From assembly GCA_963740935.1 (NCBI GenBank), contig CAVUFX010000006.1:982554-1046553 (forward strand): 64,000 nucleotides of DNA. The letters are read 5' to 3'. The position numbers were made by a program, and so were the translations under genes. The stretch is from an uncultured Actinomycetota bacterium (lineage in GTDB: Bacteria > Actinomycetota > Actinomycetes > Propionibacteriales > Nocardioidaceae). The notes beneath the pieces are model-generated. The model was not told where the DNA came from and did not search any database. It saw only the letters and a program-made list of their open reading frames with translations. Each line of letters begins with the position of its first letter. Position 1 is the first letter of the stretch. Shown piece by piece: positions 63,006 to 64,000 of the stretch.

Positions 63006-63159
63006 CCGCTGCGTCGTTCCTACGCCGCGGTGGCCCCGGTCCGGCAGCGGTTCCCTGCCGCACGCCGGGAAAACCTGTGGCGGGTGCCGGGCTAGACAGG
63101 TGGCCGAGGCGGCGCGGCGCGGGCTGGGCGGAGGTCCCGGACCGGCATAGCCTCGTGAC

Positions 63160-63522
63160 ATGGACGACGTGCACACCCCGACCGCGGGGGCCGGCATCGG
63201 CAGCACCGCCCTCGGGCGGCTGCAGCTGCGCGTCCCCGAGGACGGCGGGTTCGAGGACGTCGTCGTCGAGCGTCGCTGGCCCGACATGACCGCGGCCCGC
63301 GCCTGGTGCGAGCGCACCGTCGCCCGCTCGGCGGCCGGCACCACCGTGACGGAGGTCCAGGTCTTCGAGGAGTCCTGGAAGCACTCCAAGTCGTGGGAGA
63401 CCGCCCGCCACCGCCCGGTGGCCGAGGTGCTCCAGCTCGCGGTGGTCGGCGCCGACGGCCGGCTGCGCTGGACCGAGCCGCGCTCCATGACGCCGCGCGC
63501 GGGCGCCCGTCACCTGCTCTGA
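63160..63522 (+). CDS. Hypothetical protein
   Basis: 120-aa ORF with TAGCCT -10 6 nt upstream of ATG; no recognised family. Confidence 0.65.
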   Translation: MDDVHTPTAGAGIGSTALGRLQLRVPEDGGFEDVVVERRWPDMTAARAWCERTVARSAAGTTVTEVQVFEESWKHSKSWETARHRPVAEVLQLAVVGADGRLRWTEPRSMTPRAGARHLL

Positions 63523-63547
63523 TCCCGGCTGGGGCACCATGGGTCGC

Positions 63548-64000
63548 ATGACGACCCCCACCTCAGGAGCCAGCAGCGCGTCGACCTACGACCCCGCTGC
63601 CGAGGTCGTGGAGATCTGCCGCGACCTGATCCGGATGGACACCACCAACTACGGCGACGGCGAGGGTCCCGGCGAGCGCAAGGCCGCCGAGCACGTGGCC
63701 TCGCTGCTCGAGGACGTCGGCATCACCGCCGAGCTGTGGGAGGCCGAGCCCGGCCGCACCAACGTCCTCGCCCGCTGGGGCGGCGACGGCAGCGACGGGG
63801 GCGAGCCGATGCTGCTGCACGGCCACCTCGACGTGGTGCCGGCCGACGCCGACGACTGGACCGTGCACCCCTTCAGCGGAGAGATCCAGGACGGCCAGGT
63901 CTGGGGCCGCGGCGCGGTCGACATGAAGGACTTCGACGCCATGCTGCTCTCCACCGTCCGGGCGCGGGCGCGGGCCGGCCAGGTGCCGAGCCGCCCGCTC
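63548..64000 (+). CDS. M20/M25/M40 family metallo-hydrolase, 5' part (runs off the right edge)
   Basis: DLIRMDTTN, GRTNVLARW, LHGHLDVVPA, WGRGAVDMK. Confidence 0.9.
   Translation, partial: MTTPTSGASSASTYDPAAEVVEICRDLIRMDTTNYGDGEGPGERKAAEHVASLLEDVGITAELWEAEPGRTNVLARWGGDGSDGGEPMLLHGHLDVVPADADDWTVHPFSGEIQDGQVWGRGAVDMKDFDAMLLSTVRARARAGQVPSRPL

Overview
High-GC actinobacterial chromosome segment. Gene content and order suggest Nocardioides or a close relative (inference). The backbone is mostly housekeeping: ctaA and an ABC-2 transporter, a complete sufR-sufBD-ferredoxin-sufCSU-sufT operon, bioY, an ABC-F protein, moaA, serB, NfeD/SPFH, catalase, cysG-like, trmH-like, def, two acyl-CoA dehydrogenases, galK, guaB1 and tRNA-Leu(GAG). 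Three accessory blocks stand out. (1) 3358-6714: a translationally coupled two-gene unit. It encodes a very acidic, signal-peptide-less repeat protein with a RiPP-like leader, and a PqqD/RRE-like + M50 intramembrane metalloprotease. The protease's C-terminal CxxC beta-domain carries the same N...Q repeat motif as the repeat protein. This is my best candidate for an undescribed system (leader-directed export and nucleation of a beta-rich fibre); that function is inference. (2) 28387-35331: a cyanophycin locus (cphB-cphA) facing a CphA paralogue that lacks the ATP-grasp domain and an NYN-LOTUS nuclease with a histone-H1-like AKK tail. (3) 58286-62234: a signalling cassette next to tRNA-Leu (PAS kinase, Rcp1-like receiver, REC-kinase, stand-alone B12-binding sensor). 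Window-wide patterns are a frame-independent excess of the palindrome CGTACG and many apparent leaderless promoters. Six single-base frameshifts (about 3510, 5413, 6335, 13159, 31018, 49846) are most simply explained as sequencing/consensus errors, and they create several false fusion ORFs in the supplied track.
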